Shown here piece by piece: positions 32,406 to 42,447 of a stretch of DNA of 64,000 bases. The stretch's first letter is position 1. Every line of letters starts with the position of its first letter. Both the position numbers and the translations under genes were made by a program. A model generated the notes under the pieces. That model made no database searches and was not told the DNA's origin. It saw nothing but the letters and a program-made list of their open reading frames with translations. Origin of the DNA: Escherichia coli (GTDB taxonomy: Bacteria; Pseudomonadota; Gammaproteobacteria; Enterobacterales; Enterobacteriaceae); NCBI RefSeq assembly GCF_003334315.1, contig NZ_QOWR01000009.1. One strand, 5' to 3'.

Positions 32406-34010
32406 ATGACAATAACCAAAACCGTTATTGGTGTTGATGTGGGATCAGGCAGTGTCCGCGCCGGGATTTTTGATCTCAACGGATCTCTGCTATCCCATGC
32501 CACAGAAAAAATCACGACTACGCGGCGCAGCGGAAGCCGCGTGGAACAGTCCAGCCAGGAGATCTGGCAGGCGGTCTGTTCATGTATTCGTAATGCGCTC
32601 ACTCTGGCAGACGTTTGTGCACAAAGTGTGGCAGGCATCGGTTTTGATGCCACCTGTTCTCTGGTGGTACTGGATAAAAACGGTGATCCATTGCCTGTCA
32701 GCCCGGAAGGAGATGCAAAGCAAAATATCATTGTGTGGATGGATCACCGCGCCACCGAACAAGCAGAGCGAATCAATGCCACTCACCATCCGGTGCTGAA
32801 CTACGTCGGTGGTAAAATTTCGCCTGAAATGGAAACACCGAAAATTCTCTGGCTGAAAGAAAATATGCCAGAGATCTACGAACGTGCCGGACAATTTTTC
32901 GATCTGGCCGATTTTCTGACCTGGCGGGCTACCGGTGATTTAGCGCGTTCAGTATGCACTGTTACCTGTAAATGGACGTGGCTGGCACATGAAAATCGCT
33001 GGGATCCAGATTATTTCCGCACCATTGGCCTTGCAGAGTTAGCGGATGAAGATTTTATTCGCATTGGTCATCATATTGTTTCTCCCGGAACACCTTGTGG
33101 AAATGGTTTAACAGCACAAGCCGCGGCAGAGATGGGATTACTCCCCGGCACACCTGTCGCTGTAGGGTTAATTGATGCTCACGCTGGTGGCATCGGTACG
33201 GTTGGCGTAGAAGGTGGAGCGCTGAACAATCTCGCGTATGTTTTCGGCACTTCTTCATGCACCATGGCATCTACCACTTCTCCCTCGTTTGTACCGGGTG
33301 TCTGGGGGCCGTATTACAGTGCGATGGTTCCAGGTCTGTGGTTAGTTGAAGGCGGGCAAAGTGCTGCGGGAGCAGCTATTGACCAGCTACTTGATTTCCA
33401 TCCGGCTGTTGAAGAAGCTCGCGAAATGGCACAACGTGTGAATCAGCCCCTCCCCGTCTGGCTTGCTGATCGAATCCTCGAAAAAACGGCGCAACCATCA
33501 GATGCTGTCGCCCTGGCGAAAGGGCTACACGTGGTGCCGGAATTTCTCGGAAATCGCGCCCCCTTCGCAGATCCTCATGCCAGAGCGGTAATTTGTGGCC
33601 TGGGTATGGAGCGAGATCTGGATAATTTACTCGCCTTGTATATCGCTGGATTATGCGGAATTGGTTATGGTCTGCGCCAAATTCTCGACGCTCAAACAGC
33701 GCAGGGAGTAGTGAGTAAAAATATCGTTATTAGCGGCGGTGCCGGGCAGCATCCACTGGTACGACAAATTCTGGCAGATACCTGCGGTATTCCGGTCATT
33801 ACCACGCAATGCTGCGAACCGGTTTTATTAGGCTCGGCCATTCTTGGTGCTGTCGCCGGAAATATTGCACCTTCTGTTGGCGAAGCGATGCAACAATTCA
33901 CCCATGTGGATAAATATTATTATCCGCAAGAACGCTATCAATCTCTTCATCATCGTCGATATGAGGCCTATAAGCAGTTGCAGCATACTGCAAAATTACT
34001 CAGAGACTAA
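32406..34010 (+). CDS. rbtK: FGGY-family D-ribulokinase (534 aa; ORF-track start 32382 overlaps rbtD)
   Basis: FGGY N-terminus (VIGVDVGSGSVRAGIFD) and C-terminal domain. Confidence 0.85.
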   Translation: MTITKTVIGVDVGSGSVRAGIFDLNGSLLSHATEKITTTRRSGSRVEQSSQEIWQAVCSCIRNALTLADVCAQSVAGIGFDATCSLVVLDKNGDPLPVSPEGDAKQNIIVWMDHRATEQAERINATHHPVLNYVGGKISPEMETPKILWLKENMPEIYERAGQFFDLADFLTWRATGDLARSVCTVTCKWTWLAHENRWDPDYFRTIGLAELADEDFIRIGHHIVSPGTPCGNGLTAQAAAEMGLLPGTPVAVGLIDAHAGGIGTVGVEGGALNNLAYVFGTSSCTMASTTSPSFVPGVWGPYYSAMVPGLWLVEGGQSAAGAAIDQLLDFHPAVEEAREMAQRVNQPLPVWLADRILEKTAQPSDAVALAKGLHVVPEFLGNRAPFADPHARAVICGLGMERDLDNLLALYIAGLCGIGYGLRQILDAQTAQGVVSKNIVISGGAGQHPLVRQILADTCGIPVITTQCCEPVLLGSAILGAVAGNIAPSVGEAMQQFTHVDKYYYPQERYQSLHHRRYEAYKQLQHTAKLLRD

Positions 34011-34111
34011 TTAACCAGCCGCCTGACGCTGTTTTCAGGCAATCACTAATAACGACTCACTCCGGTAATATCCCGGAGTGCATTCATCTGCACCCTAAAA
34101 ACGAGGTTTAT

Positions 34112-35386
34112 ATGTCCAGAAATAATAAACAGTGGTTGGGTTTGCCACTGCATCTGATATGGGGATATATCGCCATCGCAGTATTTATGACTGGTGATGG
34201 TTTCGAACTCGCATTCTTATCGCACTATATTAAATCGTTAGGCTTCACACCTGCGGAAGCCTCTTTTGCCTTTACGCTCTACGGCCTGGCGGCTGCCCTT
34301 TCCGCCTGGGTTTCTGGGGTAGTAGCGGAAATCATCACGCCGCAAAAAACCATGCTGATTGGTTTTGTCCTATGGTGCGTATTCCATGTTCTGTTTCTGG
34401 TCTTTGGATTAGGACAGGCAAACTATGGGTTAATCCTGCTGTTTTACGGGATTCGTGGTTTAGCGTATCCGCTATTTCTCTACTCATTTATCGTCGTTAT
34501 TATTCATAACGTGCGTAGCGAAAATTCCAGTTCTGCTCTGGGTTGGTACTGGGCGGTATATTCAGTAGGGATCGGTGTTGCTGGCAGTTATATTCCCAGT
34601 TTTACGATACCGATTATGGGTGAAATGGGAACCTTATGGCTGGCACTGGCGTTCTGCTTTGCTGGCGGTGTCATTGCCATGATCTCCTTGCGTCATGTTA
34701 AAACGCCTGGACATATGCATAATTTAACTCCCCGTGAGAAGTTTGCAGAATTAAGTCGGGCAGTAACTTTACTTTATACCAACCGCAATATTTTTCTCTC
34801 CAGTATTGTGCGCATTATAAATACCTTATCGTTATTCGGTTTTGCGGTCATTATGCCAATGATGTTTGTGGATGAACTGGGATTCACCACCTCTGAATGG
34901 TTGCAGGTCTGGGCGGCATTTTTCTTTACCACTATTTTCTCTAATATTTTTTGGGGGATTGTGGCAGAAAAAATGGGCTGGATGCGTGTTATTCGCTGGT
35001 TTGGTTGCCTCGGGATGGCAGCATCAAGTTTAGCGTTTTACTACATGCCGCAATACTTTGGTCACAACTACTGGATGGCAATGATTCCGGCGATTGCTCT
35101 GGGAACTTTTGTTGCTGCATTTGTGCCGATGGCCGCTGTCTTCCCGGCACTGGAACCAAAACACAAAGGTGCTGCAATCTCGGTTTACAACCTCTCTGCG
35201 GGTATGTCTAACTTCCTGGCTCCGGCAATTGCCGTGGTGTTATTACCGTGGTTTAGCACTATCGGTGTGGTCATTGCCTATACAGCATTGTATCTATTGG
35301 CCTTTGTCCTTTGCGCATTCATTCGCGTTGAGCAGCCAGGATTCAGTTCTGCGCCAGTGACTGAGAAGGCATTGAATATCTCCTGA
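34112..35386 (+). CDS. rbtT: MFS pentitol permease, ribitol transporter type (424 aa)
   Basis: Near-identical paralog of the permease at 25106..26383 (N-termini NKQWLGLPL.L.WGYIAIA.FMTGDGFELAFLSHYIK.LGFTPAEASFAFTLYGLAAALSAWVSGVVAEIITPQKTM). Confidence 0.8.
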   Translation: MSRNNKQWLGLPLHLIWGYIAIAVFMTGDGFELAFLSHYIKSLGFTPAEASFAFTLYGLAAALSAWVSGVVAEIITPQKTMLIGFVLWCVFHVLFLVFGLGQANYGLILLFYGIRGLAYPLFLYSFIVVIIHNVRSENSSSALGWYWAVYSVGIGVAGSYIPSFTIPIMGEMGTLWLALAFCFAGGVIAMISLRHVKTPGHMHNLTPREKFAELSRAVTLLYTNRNIFLSSIVRIINTLSLFGFAVIMPMMFVDELGFTTSEWLQVWAAFFFTTIFSNIFWGIVAEKMGWMRVIRWFGCLGMAASSLAFYYMPQYFGHNYWMAMIPAIALGTFVAAFVPMAAVFPALEPKHKGAAISVYNLSAGMSNFLAPAIAVVLLPWFSTIGVVIAYTALYLLAFVLCAFIRVEQPGFSSAPVTEKALNIS

Positions 35387-35408
35387 AAAACGAAACGCAT
35401 CAGGCACT

Positions 35409-35434
35409 CATCCTCTCCCTCATGGGAGAGGATG
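35409..35434. terminator. Hairpin (11-bp stem) between convergent rbtT and fbaB, at the right edge of the island
   Basis: CATCCTCTCCC-tcat-GGGAGAGGATG. Confidence 0.5.
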
Positions 35435-35442
35435 ATTTCACA

Positions 35443-36495
35443 TCAGGCAATAGTGACTTTGTTATCGAGATAAACGTCCTGCACGGCGTTAATCAGTTTC
35501 ACGCCGTCAGCCATCGATTTCTTAAATGCTTTCCGCCCCAGAATCAGCCCCATTCCGCCTGCGCGTTTGTTGATAACCGCAGTACGCACTGCATCGCTGA
35601 GGTCAGTTTCACCGCCCGCAGCACCGCCGGAGTTTATCAACCCAGCCCGACCCATATAGCAGTTAGCTAACTGATAACGCACCAGATCAATCGGGTTTTC
35701 GCTGGTCAATTTGCTGTAAACACGATCGTCGGTGTAACCGTAATTAATTGCTTTATAGCCGCCGTTATTTTCCGCCATTTTTTGTTTGACGATATCTGCA
35801 CCGATGGTTGCCGCCAGATGGTTTGCCTGACCGGTCAGGTCGGCGGAAACATGGTAATCAACGCCATCTTTCTTAAAGGCGGAGTTACGCAAATAGGCCC
35901 ACAGCACTGTCACCATACCCAGCTCGTGCGCACGTTCAAAAGCCGCAGAAATTTCTTCAATCTGGCGACGTGACTCTTCCGAGCCAAAATAGATAGTCGC
36001 ACCAACCGCAACCGCGCCCATGTTGAACGCCTGCTCCACGCTGGCATACAGCGTTTGATCGTAGGTATTCGGGTAACTTAGCGTCTCGTTGTGATTAAGT
36101 TTGACGAGGAATGGAATGCGATGCGCATAACGCCGCGATACCGACGCCAGCACGCCGTAAGTTGACGCCACACAGTTACAGCCCGCTTCGATCGCCAGTT
36201 CAACAATGTTTTTCGGGTCAAAGTAGAGCGGGTTAGCAGCAAATGAAGCTCCGGCAGAGTGCTCAACGCCCTGGTCAACCGGCAGAATAGAAAGATATCC
36301 TGTGCCAGCCAGACGCCCGGTGTTGTACAACGTCTGCATATTACGTAACACCGCTGGCGGGCGATTATTGTCAATCATTACGCGGTCTACGTAGTCATGT
36401 CCGGGGAGATAAAGCTGGTCAGAAGGAATTGTCATACAACGGTGCTGTAAAAGGTTGTCGGCGTCTTTGCCAAGCAACTGCGCAATATCTGTCAT
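35443..36495 (-). CDS. fbaB: Class I fructose-bisphosphate aldolase (350 aa; ORF-track start 36567 is an extension)
   Basis: DeoC/FbaB-type class I aldolase; start [16 protein letters not shown]. Confidence 0.9.
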   Translation of the reverse strand: MTDIAQLLGKDADNLLQHRCMTIPSDQLYLPGHDYVDRVMIDNNRPPAVLRNMQTLYNTGRLAGTGYLSILPVDQGVEHSAGASFAANPLYFDPKNIVELAIEAGCNCVASTYGVLASVSRRYAHRIPFLVKLNHNETLSYPNTYDQTLYASVEQAFNMGAVAVGATIYFGSEESRRQIEEISAAFERAHELGMVTVLWAYLRNSAFKKDGVDYHVSADLTGQANHLAATIGADIVKQKMAENNGGYKAINYGYTDDRVYSKLTSENPIDLVRYQLANCYMGRAGLINSGGAAGGETDLSDAVRTAVINKRAGGMGLILGRKAFKKSMADGVKLINAVQDVYLDNKVTIA

Positions 36496-36751
36496 TACTA
36501 TGCTCCCGTAAATTCCGATTGGATATCGGCTATGGATTGTCCTGGCCCGCCTTTTGCGGGCAATCATAATCCTGGTCGTTACGGGCGAGTTTTTCCATCT
36601 TTTGGATGTTTTTTCAGCGTTTTCTGTTGGCTCGATTCATCAGAAAAAATGTTAGCGCGGTCAAGTTTTCACCGCAAAGGTATTTAAAAGGTATTATTAA
36701 GTGGTATTGTCATCGCGTACCTTACATTACCTGTCATGAAGGAATTAAAAG

Positions 36752-38029
36752 ATGAAAACAACAGCAAAGCTGTCGTTCATGATGTTTGTTGAATGGTTTA
36801 TCTGGGGCGCGTGGTTTGTGCCATTGTGGTTGTGGTTAAGTAAAAGCGGTTTTAGTGCCGGAGAAATTGGCTGGTCGTATGCCTGTACCGCCATTGCGGC
36901 GATCCTGTCGCCAATTCTGGTTGGCTCCATCACTGACCGCTTTTTCTCGGCGCAAAAAGTGCTGGCGGTATTGATGTTCGCAGGCGCGCTGCTGATGTAT
37001 TTCGCTGCGCAACAGACCACTTTTGCCGGGTTCTTTCCGTTACTGCTGGCTTACTCTCTAACCTATATGCCGACCATTGCGCTGACTAACAGCATCGCTT
37101 TTGCCAACGTGCCGGATGTGGAGCGTGATTTCCCGCGCATTCGTGTGATGGGCACTATCGGCTGGATTGTCTCCGGTCTGGCATGTGGTTTCTTGCCGCA
37201 AATACTGGGGTATGCCGATATCTCACCGACTAACATCCCGCTGCTGATTACCGCCGGAAGTTCTGCTCTGCTCGGTGTGTTTGCGTTTTTCCTGCCCGAC
37301 ACGCCACCAAAAAGCACCGGCAAAATGGATATTAAAGTCATGCTCGGCCTGGATGCGCTGATCCTGCTGCGCGATAAAAACTTCCTCGTCTTTTTCTTCT
37401 GTTCATTCCTGTTTGCGATGCCACTGGCGTTCTATTACATCTTTGCCAACGGTTATCTGACCGAAGTCGGCATGAAAAATGCCACCGGCTGGATGACGCT
37501 CGGCCAGTTCTCTGAAATATTCTTTATGCTGGCATTACCGTTTTTCACTAAACGCTTTGGTATCAAAAAGGTATTATTGCTTGGTCTGGTCACCGCTGCG
37601 ATCCGCTATGGCTTCTTTATTTACGGTAGTGCGGATGAATATTTCACCTACGCGTTACTGTTCCTCGGTATTTTGCTTCACGGCGTAAGTTACGATTTTT
37701 ACTACGTTACCGCTTACATCTATGTCGATAAAAAAGCCCCCGTGCATATGCGTACCGCCGCGCAGGGGCTGATCACGCTCTGCTGCCAGGGCTTCGGCAG
37801 TTTGCTCGGCTATCGTCTTGGCGGTGTGATGATGGAAAAGATGTTCGCTTATCAGGAACCGGTAAACGGACTGACTTTCAACTGGTCCGGGATGTGGACT
37901 TTTGGCGCGGTGATGATTGCCATTATCGCCGTGCTGTTCATGATTTTTTTCCGCGAATCCGACAACGAAATTACGGCTATCAAGGTCGATGATCGCGATA
38001 TTGCGTTGACACAAGGGGAAGTTAAATGA
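36752..38029 (+). CDS. yegT: Nucleoside:H+ symporter-family MFS transporter (425 aa)
   Basis: 12-TM MFS with NHS-family character; 4-nt overlap with yegU. Confidence 0.85.
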   Translation: MKTTAKLSFMMFVEWFIWGAWFVPLWLWLSKSGFSAGEIGWSYACTAIAAILSPILVGSITDRFFSAQKVLAVLMFAGALLMYFAAQQTTFAGFFPLLLAYSLTYMPTIALTNSIAFANVPDVERDFPRIRVMGTIGWIVSGLACGFLPQILGYADISPTNIPLLITAGSSALLGVFAFFLPDTPPKSTGKMDIKVMLGLDALILLRDKNFLVFFFCSFLFAMPLAFYYIFANGYLTEVGMKNATGWMTLGQFSEIFFMLALPFFTKRFGIKKVLLLGLVTAAIRYGFFIYGSADEYFTYALLFLGILLHGVSYDFYYVTAYIYVDKKAPVHMRTAAQGLITLCCQGFGSLLGYRLGGVMMEKMFAYQEPVNGLTFNWSGMWTFGAVMIAIIAVLFMIFFRESDNEITAIKVDDRDIALTQGEVK

Positions 38030-39030
38030 AAACAGAACGTATTCTCGGTGCTCTTTATGGGCAGGCGTTAGGGGATGCGATGGGGATGCCCTCCGAGCTT
38101 TGGCCACGCAGCCGCGTTAAAGCACACTTTGGCTGGATTGACCGTTTTCTTCCTGGACCAAAGGAGAATAACGCGGCCTGTTATTTTAACCGCGCCGAAT
38201 TCACCGACGATACCTCGATGGCGCTGTGTCTGGCGGATGCGTTACTGGAACGTGAAGGCAAGATCGATCCGAATCTGATTGGGCGTAATATTCTCGACTG
38301 GGCGCTGCGTTTCGACGCCTTTAACAAAAACGTACTTGGTCCGACCTCGAAGATTGCGCTTAACGCCATTCGCGACGGTAAACCCATTGCTGAACTGGAA
38401 AACAACGGCGTGACCAACGGCGCAGCGATGCGCGTCTCGCCATTAGGTTGTTTGCTTCCGGCGCACGATGTTGATTCCTTTATTGATGATGTGGCGCTGG
38501 CGTCCAGCCCGACCCATAAATCCGATCTGGCGATTGCAGGCGCGGTAGTCATCGCATGGGCGATTTCTCGTGCCATTGACGGAGAAAGCTGGTCAGCGAT
38601 TGTAGATTCACTGCCTTCAATTGCGCGACATGCACAGCAAAAACGCATCACTACCTTCAGCGCCTCACTGGCAGCACGTCTGGAGATTGCGCTGAAAATT
38701 GTGCGCAATGCCGACGGCACCGAATCCGCCAGCGAACAGCTTTACCAGGTCGTTGGCGCAGGTACCAGCACTATTGAGTCCGTTCCGTGCGCCATTGCGC
38801 TGGTTGAACTGGCACAAACCGACCCGAATCGCTGCGCCGTCCTGTGCGCTAACCTTGGCGGCGACACAGACACCATCGGCGCTATGGCGACGGCGATTTG
38901 CGGCGCGTTGCATGGCGTTAACGCTATCGATCCTGCATTAAAGGCGGAACTGGATGCGGTAAATCAGCTTGATTTCAACCGCTATGCCACAGCGCTGGCG
39001 AAATATCGTCAACAACGGGAGGCGGTATGA
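38026..39030 (+). CDS. yegU: ADP-ribosylglycohydrolase-family protein (334 aa)
   Basis: ADP-ribosylglycohydrolase fold motifs (GALYGQALGDAMGMP, GGDTDTIGAMA). Confidence 0.85.
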   Translation: MKTERILGALYGQALGDAMGMPSELWPRSRVKAHFGWIDRFLPGPKENNAACYFNRAEFTDDTSMALCLADALLEREGKIDPNLIGRNILDWALRFDAFNKNVLGPTSKIALNAIRDGKPIAELENNGVTNGAAMRVSPLGCLLPAHDVDSFIDDVALASSPTHKSDLAIAGAVVIAWAISRAIDGESWSAIVDSLPSIARHAQQKRITTFSASLAARLEIALKIVRNADGTESASEQLYQVVGAGTSTIESVPCAIALVELAQTDPNRCAVLCANLGGDTDTIGAMATAICGALHGVNAIDPALKAELDAVNQLDFNRYATALAKYRQQREAV

Positions 39031-39992
39031 GCGGCGCTCGATTACACACGCTGCTGCCTGAATTAACCTCGCGTCAGCCGGTGATGGTCGTCGGCGCGGC
39101 GGTCATTGATGTGATCGCCGACGCTTATGCCCTCCCCTGGCGTGGGTGCGATATCGAACTGAAGCAGCAGAGCGTTAACGTTGGCGGCTGCGCACTGAAT
39201 ATTGCCGTGGCGTTAAAGCGCCTCGGCATCGAAGCGGGTAATGCCTTGCCGCTCGGTCAGGGCGTGTGGGCGGAGATTATTCGCAACCGGATGGCGAAAG
39301 AGGGGTTAATCAGCCTGATCGATAACGCCGAAGGCGATAACGGCTGGTGTCTGGCGCTGGTTGAGCCGGATGGCGAACGCACTTTTATGTCATTCAGCGG
39401 TGTGGAAAATCAGTGGAATCGCCAGTGGCTGGCGCGATTAACCGTTGCGCCTGGCAGCCTGCTCTATTTTTCCGGTTATCAACTGGCCTCGCCCTGCGGC
39501 GAATTGTTAGTGGAATGGCTGGAAAAGCTGCAAGACGTGACGCCGTTTATCGATTTTGGCCCACGTATCGGCGATATCCCGGACGCATTACTGGCGCGGA
39601 TCATGGCCTGTCGACCTTTAGTATCACTCAATCGTCAAGAGGCTGAGATTGCCGCCGAACGTTTTGCTTTATCCGCAGAGATAACAACACTTGGCAAGCA
39701 ATGGCAGGAGAAATCTGCCGCGCCGTTGATCGTTCGTCTCGATAAAGAGGGTGCATGGTATTTCAGCAACGACGCTTCTGGCTGCATTCCGGCATTTCCA
39801 ACGCAAGTTGTAGACACCATTGGGGCGGGCGACAGTCATGCAGGTGGCGTACTTGCCGGGCTGGCCTCTGGTCTGCCACTGGCGGATGCCGTATTACTGG
39901 GCAATGCAGTGGCGTCGTGGGTTGTCGGGCATCGGGGCGGTGATTGTGCGCCAACGCGCGAGGAACTACTCCTCGCACACAAAAACGTATAG
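39027..39992 (+). CDS. yegV: PfkB-family carbohydrate/nucleoside kinase (321 aa)
   Basis: PfkB motifs (VDTIGAGDSHAGG). Confidence 0.85.
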   Translation: MSGARLHTLLPELTSRQPVMVVGAAVIDVIADAYALPWRGCDIELKQQSVNVGGCALNIAVALKRLGIEAGNALPLGQGVWAEIIRNRMAKEGLISLIDNAEGDNGWCLALVEPDGERTFMSFSGVENQWNRQWLARLTVAPGSLLYFSGYQLASPCGELLVEWLEKLQDVTPFIDFGPRIGDIPDALLARIMACRPLVSLNRQEAEIAAERFALSAEITTLGKQWQEKSAAPLIVRLDKEGAWYFSNDASGCIPAFPTQVVDTIGAGDSHAGGVLAGLASGLPLADAVLLGNAVASWVVGHRGGDCAPTREELLLAHKNV

Positions 39993-40712
39993 ATCGCTGC
40001 GACAGTGGCTAATGCTGTACTCAATAGGCCGTTGCTGTTGGTCAAGCGCCACTTGCTTGATCACCAGCACCGGTATTTTGCTATCTAACTGAATATGTGA
40101 CTGAAACTCGGCATCCGGCATCCGGGCGCTAACGCGGGAACGTGTACGTTGTGGGTAAATGTGCTGGCTGCGGAAATAGTCATAAAGTGAAATCCCGATG
40201 GCATCAACATCATGAATTAAATGCGCCGGAACCCACGATTCCTCAATCGATACCGCTTCTTCATCGACATAGCGAATACGCTTAAGCAAAAAGACATCAC
40301 TTCCTGCTTCGACCGCCAGCTGCTGCGCGACTTCTTCGGGACATTTCACGACACGCTTGTTAACCCATAGCGTATCGGGCTTTTTCCCGCGCAATACCAC
40401 CTGCTGAGAAAAACCTCGCGCTTCTTTCAACGAGTATTCGAAGATGTTGTTGATCTGCGTGCCGTAACCGCGCGAACGCGTCACCACACCCTCTTCTTCC
40501 AGCGCCTGCATCGCCTTGCGCACCGTAATGCGCGAAACGCCGGTTAACTGACTTAAATCACGCTCACCGGGCAAAATATTGCCATGCTCCAGCACCCCGC
40601 TGCGCACGGCATTTTTTACCGTTTCGGCAAACTTAATATAAAGCGGCGTGTTATCCGCAGCTAAAATACGCTCGTTCAGTTGGGCAATCAGCTGGGTATG
40701 CGCTTGTTCCAT
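39966..40712 (-). CDS. yegW: GntR/HutC-family transcriptional regulator (248 aa)
   Basis: GntR HTH (LPGERDLSQLTGVSRITVRKAM) and UTRA-like C-terminal domain; 3' end overlaps the yegV 3' end by 27 bp. Confidence 0.85.
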   Translation of the reverse strand: MEQAHTQLIAQLNERILAADNTPLYIKFAETVKNAVRSGVLEHGNILPGERDLSQLTGVSRITVRKAMQALEEEGVVTRSRGYGTQINNIFEYSLKEARGFSQQVVLRGKKPDTLWVNKRVVKCPEEVAQQLAVEAGSDVFLLKRIRYVDEEAVSIEESWVPAHLIHDVDAIGISLYDYFRSQHIYPQRTRSRVSARMPDAEFQSHIQLDSKIPVLVIKQVALDQQQRPIEYSISHCRSDLYVFVCEE

Positions 40713-40763
40713 TTGTCTTTTTCCTGCCAGGGAGTCTGGTGGGAGTATATCACTGCTTCTTAT

Positions 40764-41582
40764 TTAAGGCGTTTCTTTAATCCCATCAACGAATCCCTGC
40801 AACTCCTCCACCGTGCCATTAAACACATTAAAATCCACCGGACCATTGATGCCATCTACCTGTCCACGGTCGGAATGCTGCCAGAAGCGCCAGGCCATTC
40901 CGTCATTGTCCGGACGACGTTGATAATAGTGAGCCACCCACCACGGATATTCATTAAAATAGCCCGCCAGATTCGTGTGATAAAAAACGGCTCCTGAGTA
41001 AATAATCGGCTTTTTTCCCGTGCGTTTTTCTACCATTTTTAGCCACTGACTTACCCGCTTGCGTAATTCTTTTGCCGATAATTTTCCCCGTTCTTCTACG
41101 TCCAGCACGGCAGGGAAATCGCCTTGTGAGAAATCCACCGTTTGCAGAAATAATCGTGCCTGAACCGGCGCTGCTACCGACGGGGAGAAATAATGATACG
41201 CCCCGCGCAGCAGGCCATTTTCGCGGCTTAGTTGCCAGTTACGCGAAAAATAGGGGTCCACCAGCTTTTCGCCTTCCGTCGCCTTAATAAAAGCAAACTG
41301 TAAGCGGATACCGTTGTCGCGCATTTTTGCCACCCGCTGCCAGTCGATCCGCTCCTGCCAGCGAGAAACATCTATTCCGTGAATGGTGTAACTGGCAGGA
41401 ATGCGAATAGCGAAAGATTTAACCGGGCGATAACCGTAGAAATGGATGTAGTCTTTAATCTGAATTGCTGTCGAATAGAAAAAATTCACCGTCTGACGCG
41501 GATAAATTGCAACGATAGAAATTAGCCCAAGAGCGCATAATAGAGAGGTGAGTTTTTTTCGACTGGTAATTCTTAGCTGCAT
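40764..41582 (-). CDS. yegX: Glycoside hydrolase family 25 (lysozyme-like) protein with signal peptide (272 aa)
   Basis: GH25 signature (GIDVSRWQ) after an N-terminal signal/TM segment. Confidence 0.8.
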   Translation of the reverse strand: MQLRITSRKKLTSLLCALGLISIVAIYPRQTVNFFYSTAIQIKDYIHFYGYRPVKSFAIRIPASYTIHGIDVSRWQERIDWQRVAKMRDNGIRLQFAFIKATEGEKLVDPYFSRNWQLSRENGLLRGAYHYFSPSVAAPVQARLFLQTVDFSQGDFPAVLDVEERGKLSAKELRKRVSQWLKMVEKRTGKKPIIYSGAVFYHTNLAGYFNEYPWWVAHYYQRRPDNDGMAWRFWQHSDRGQVDGINGPVDFNVFNGTVEELQGFVDGIKETP

Positions 41583-41646
41583 TGGTTTCATCCCTGAATG
41601 TCAGTGCAAAAGACTGACAATAACCAAAGCAGCTATAGTACGGTGC

Positions 41647-42447
41647 TCACCACCAGGCGTGGAAGTGGTGAACCGGACCAATACCGTGACCAACTTCCAG
41701 CGTGTCGGCCTGGGCTAACGCCGATGAAAGCCAGCTTTTTGCCTCCTGTACGGTGTCAGCCCAGTTTGTATGGCGCGGGCGTAGTGCAGCCAACGCCGCA
41801 GAGAGTGTACAACCAGTGCCGTGGGTGTTTTTGGTCATAATGCGCGGTGCGGTAAACCGTTGTTCACCCTCGCGGGTAAACAGCCAGTCCGGGCTTTGCT
41901 CATCATCCAGATGACCACCTTTCATTAGCACTGCGCCACAGCCCATCGCCAACAGCGATCGCCCTTGTTCCAGCATTTCCTGTTCGGTGCGCGCGTGTGG
42001 CGCGTCGAGCAAGGCGGCAGCTTCGGGCAAGTTTGGCGTTATTAATGAAACCTGTGGCAATAATCGACTGCGCAGCGTAGCAACCGCCGAAGGTGAAAGC
42101 AGCGGGTCGCCGCTTTTTGCCAGCATAACGGTGTCGAGTACCACGTTTTGGATCTGATAACGTTGCAACCGTTCTGCCACCGCTTCAACAATATCGGTTT
42201 CCGCCAACATACCGATTTTAGTGGTATCGATTCGCACATCGCTGAACACCGAATCGAGCTGGGCGGCGACAAAATCAGGCTCAATGCGATACACCGACTG
42301 TACGCCACGGGTATTTTGCGCCACCAGTGCAGTAATAACTGAGCAACCATAAGCGCCAAGTGCCGAGAAGGTTTTAAGATCGGCCTGAATCCCCGCACCA
42401 CCACTCGGATCAGTACCGGCAATCGTCAGAGCGTTAATTCGTTTCAT
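41647..42447 (-). CDS. thiD: Hydroxymethylpyrimidine/phosphomethylpyrimidine kinase (266 aa)
   Basis: PfkB/ThiD ribokinase-like fold ([15 protein letters not shown]). Confidence 0.92.
   Translation of the reverse strand: MKRINALTIAGTDPSGGAGIQADLKTFSALGAYGCSVITALVAQNTRGVQSVYRIEPDFVAAQLDSVFSDVRIDTTKIGMLAETDIVEAVAERLQRYQIQNVVLDTVMLAKSGDPLLSPSAVATLRSRLLPQVSLITPNLPEAAALLDAPHARTEQEMLEQGRSLLAMGCGAVLMKGGHLDDEQSPDWLFTREGEQRFTAPRIMTKNTHGTGCTLSAALAALRPRHTNWADTVQEAKSWLSSALAQADTLEVGHGIGPVHHFHAWW

Noticed and set aside
24335-35442. Mobile element or integrative island with its own integrase
   Set aside because: No integrase, transposase, IS inverted repeats, tRNA target or flanking direct repeats were found; the island looks like an old replacement of one sugar-alcohol locus by another rather than an active mobile element.
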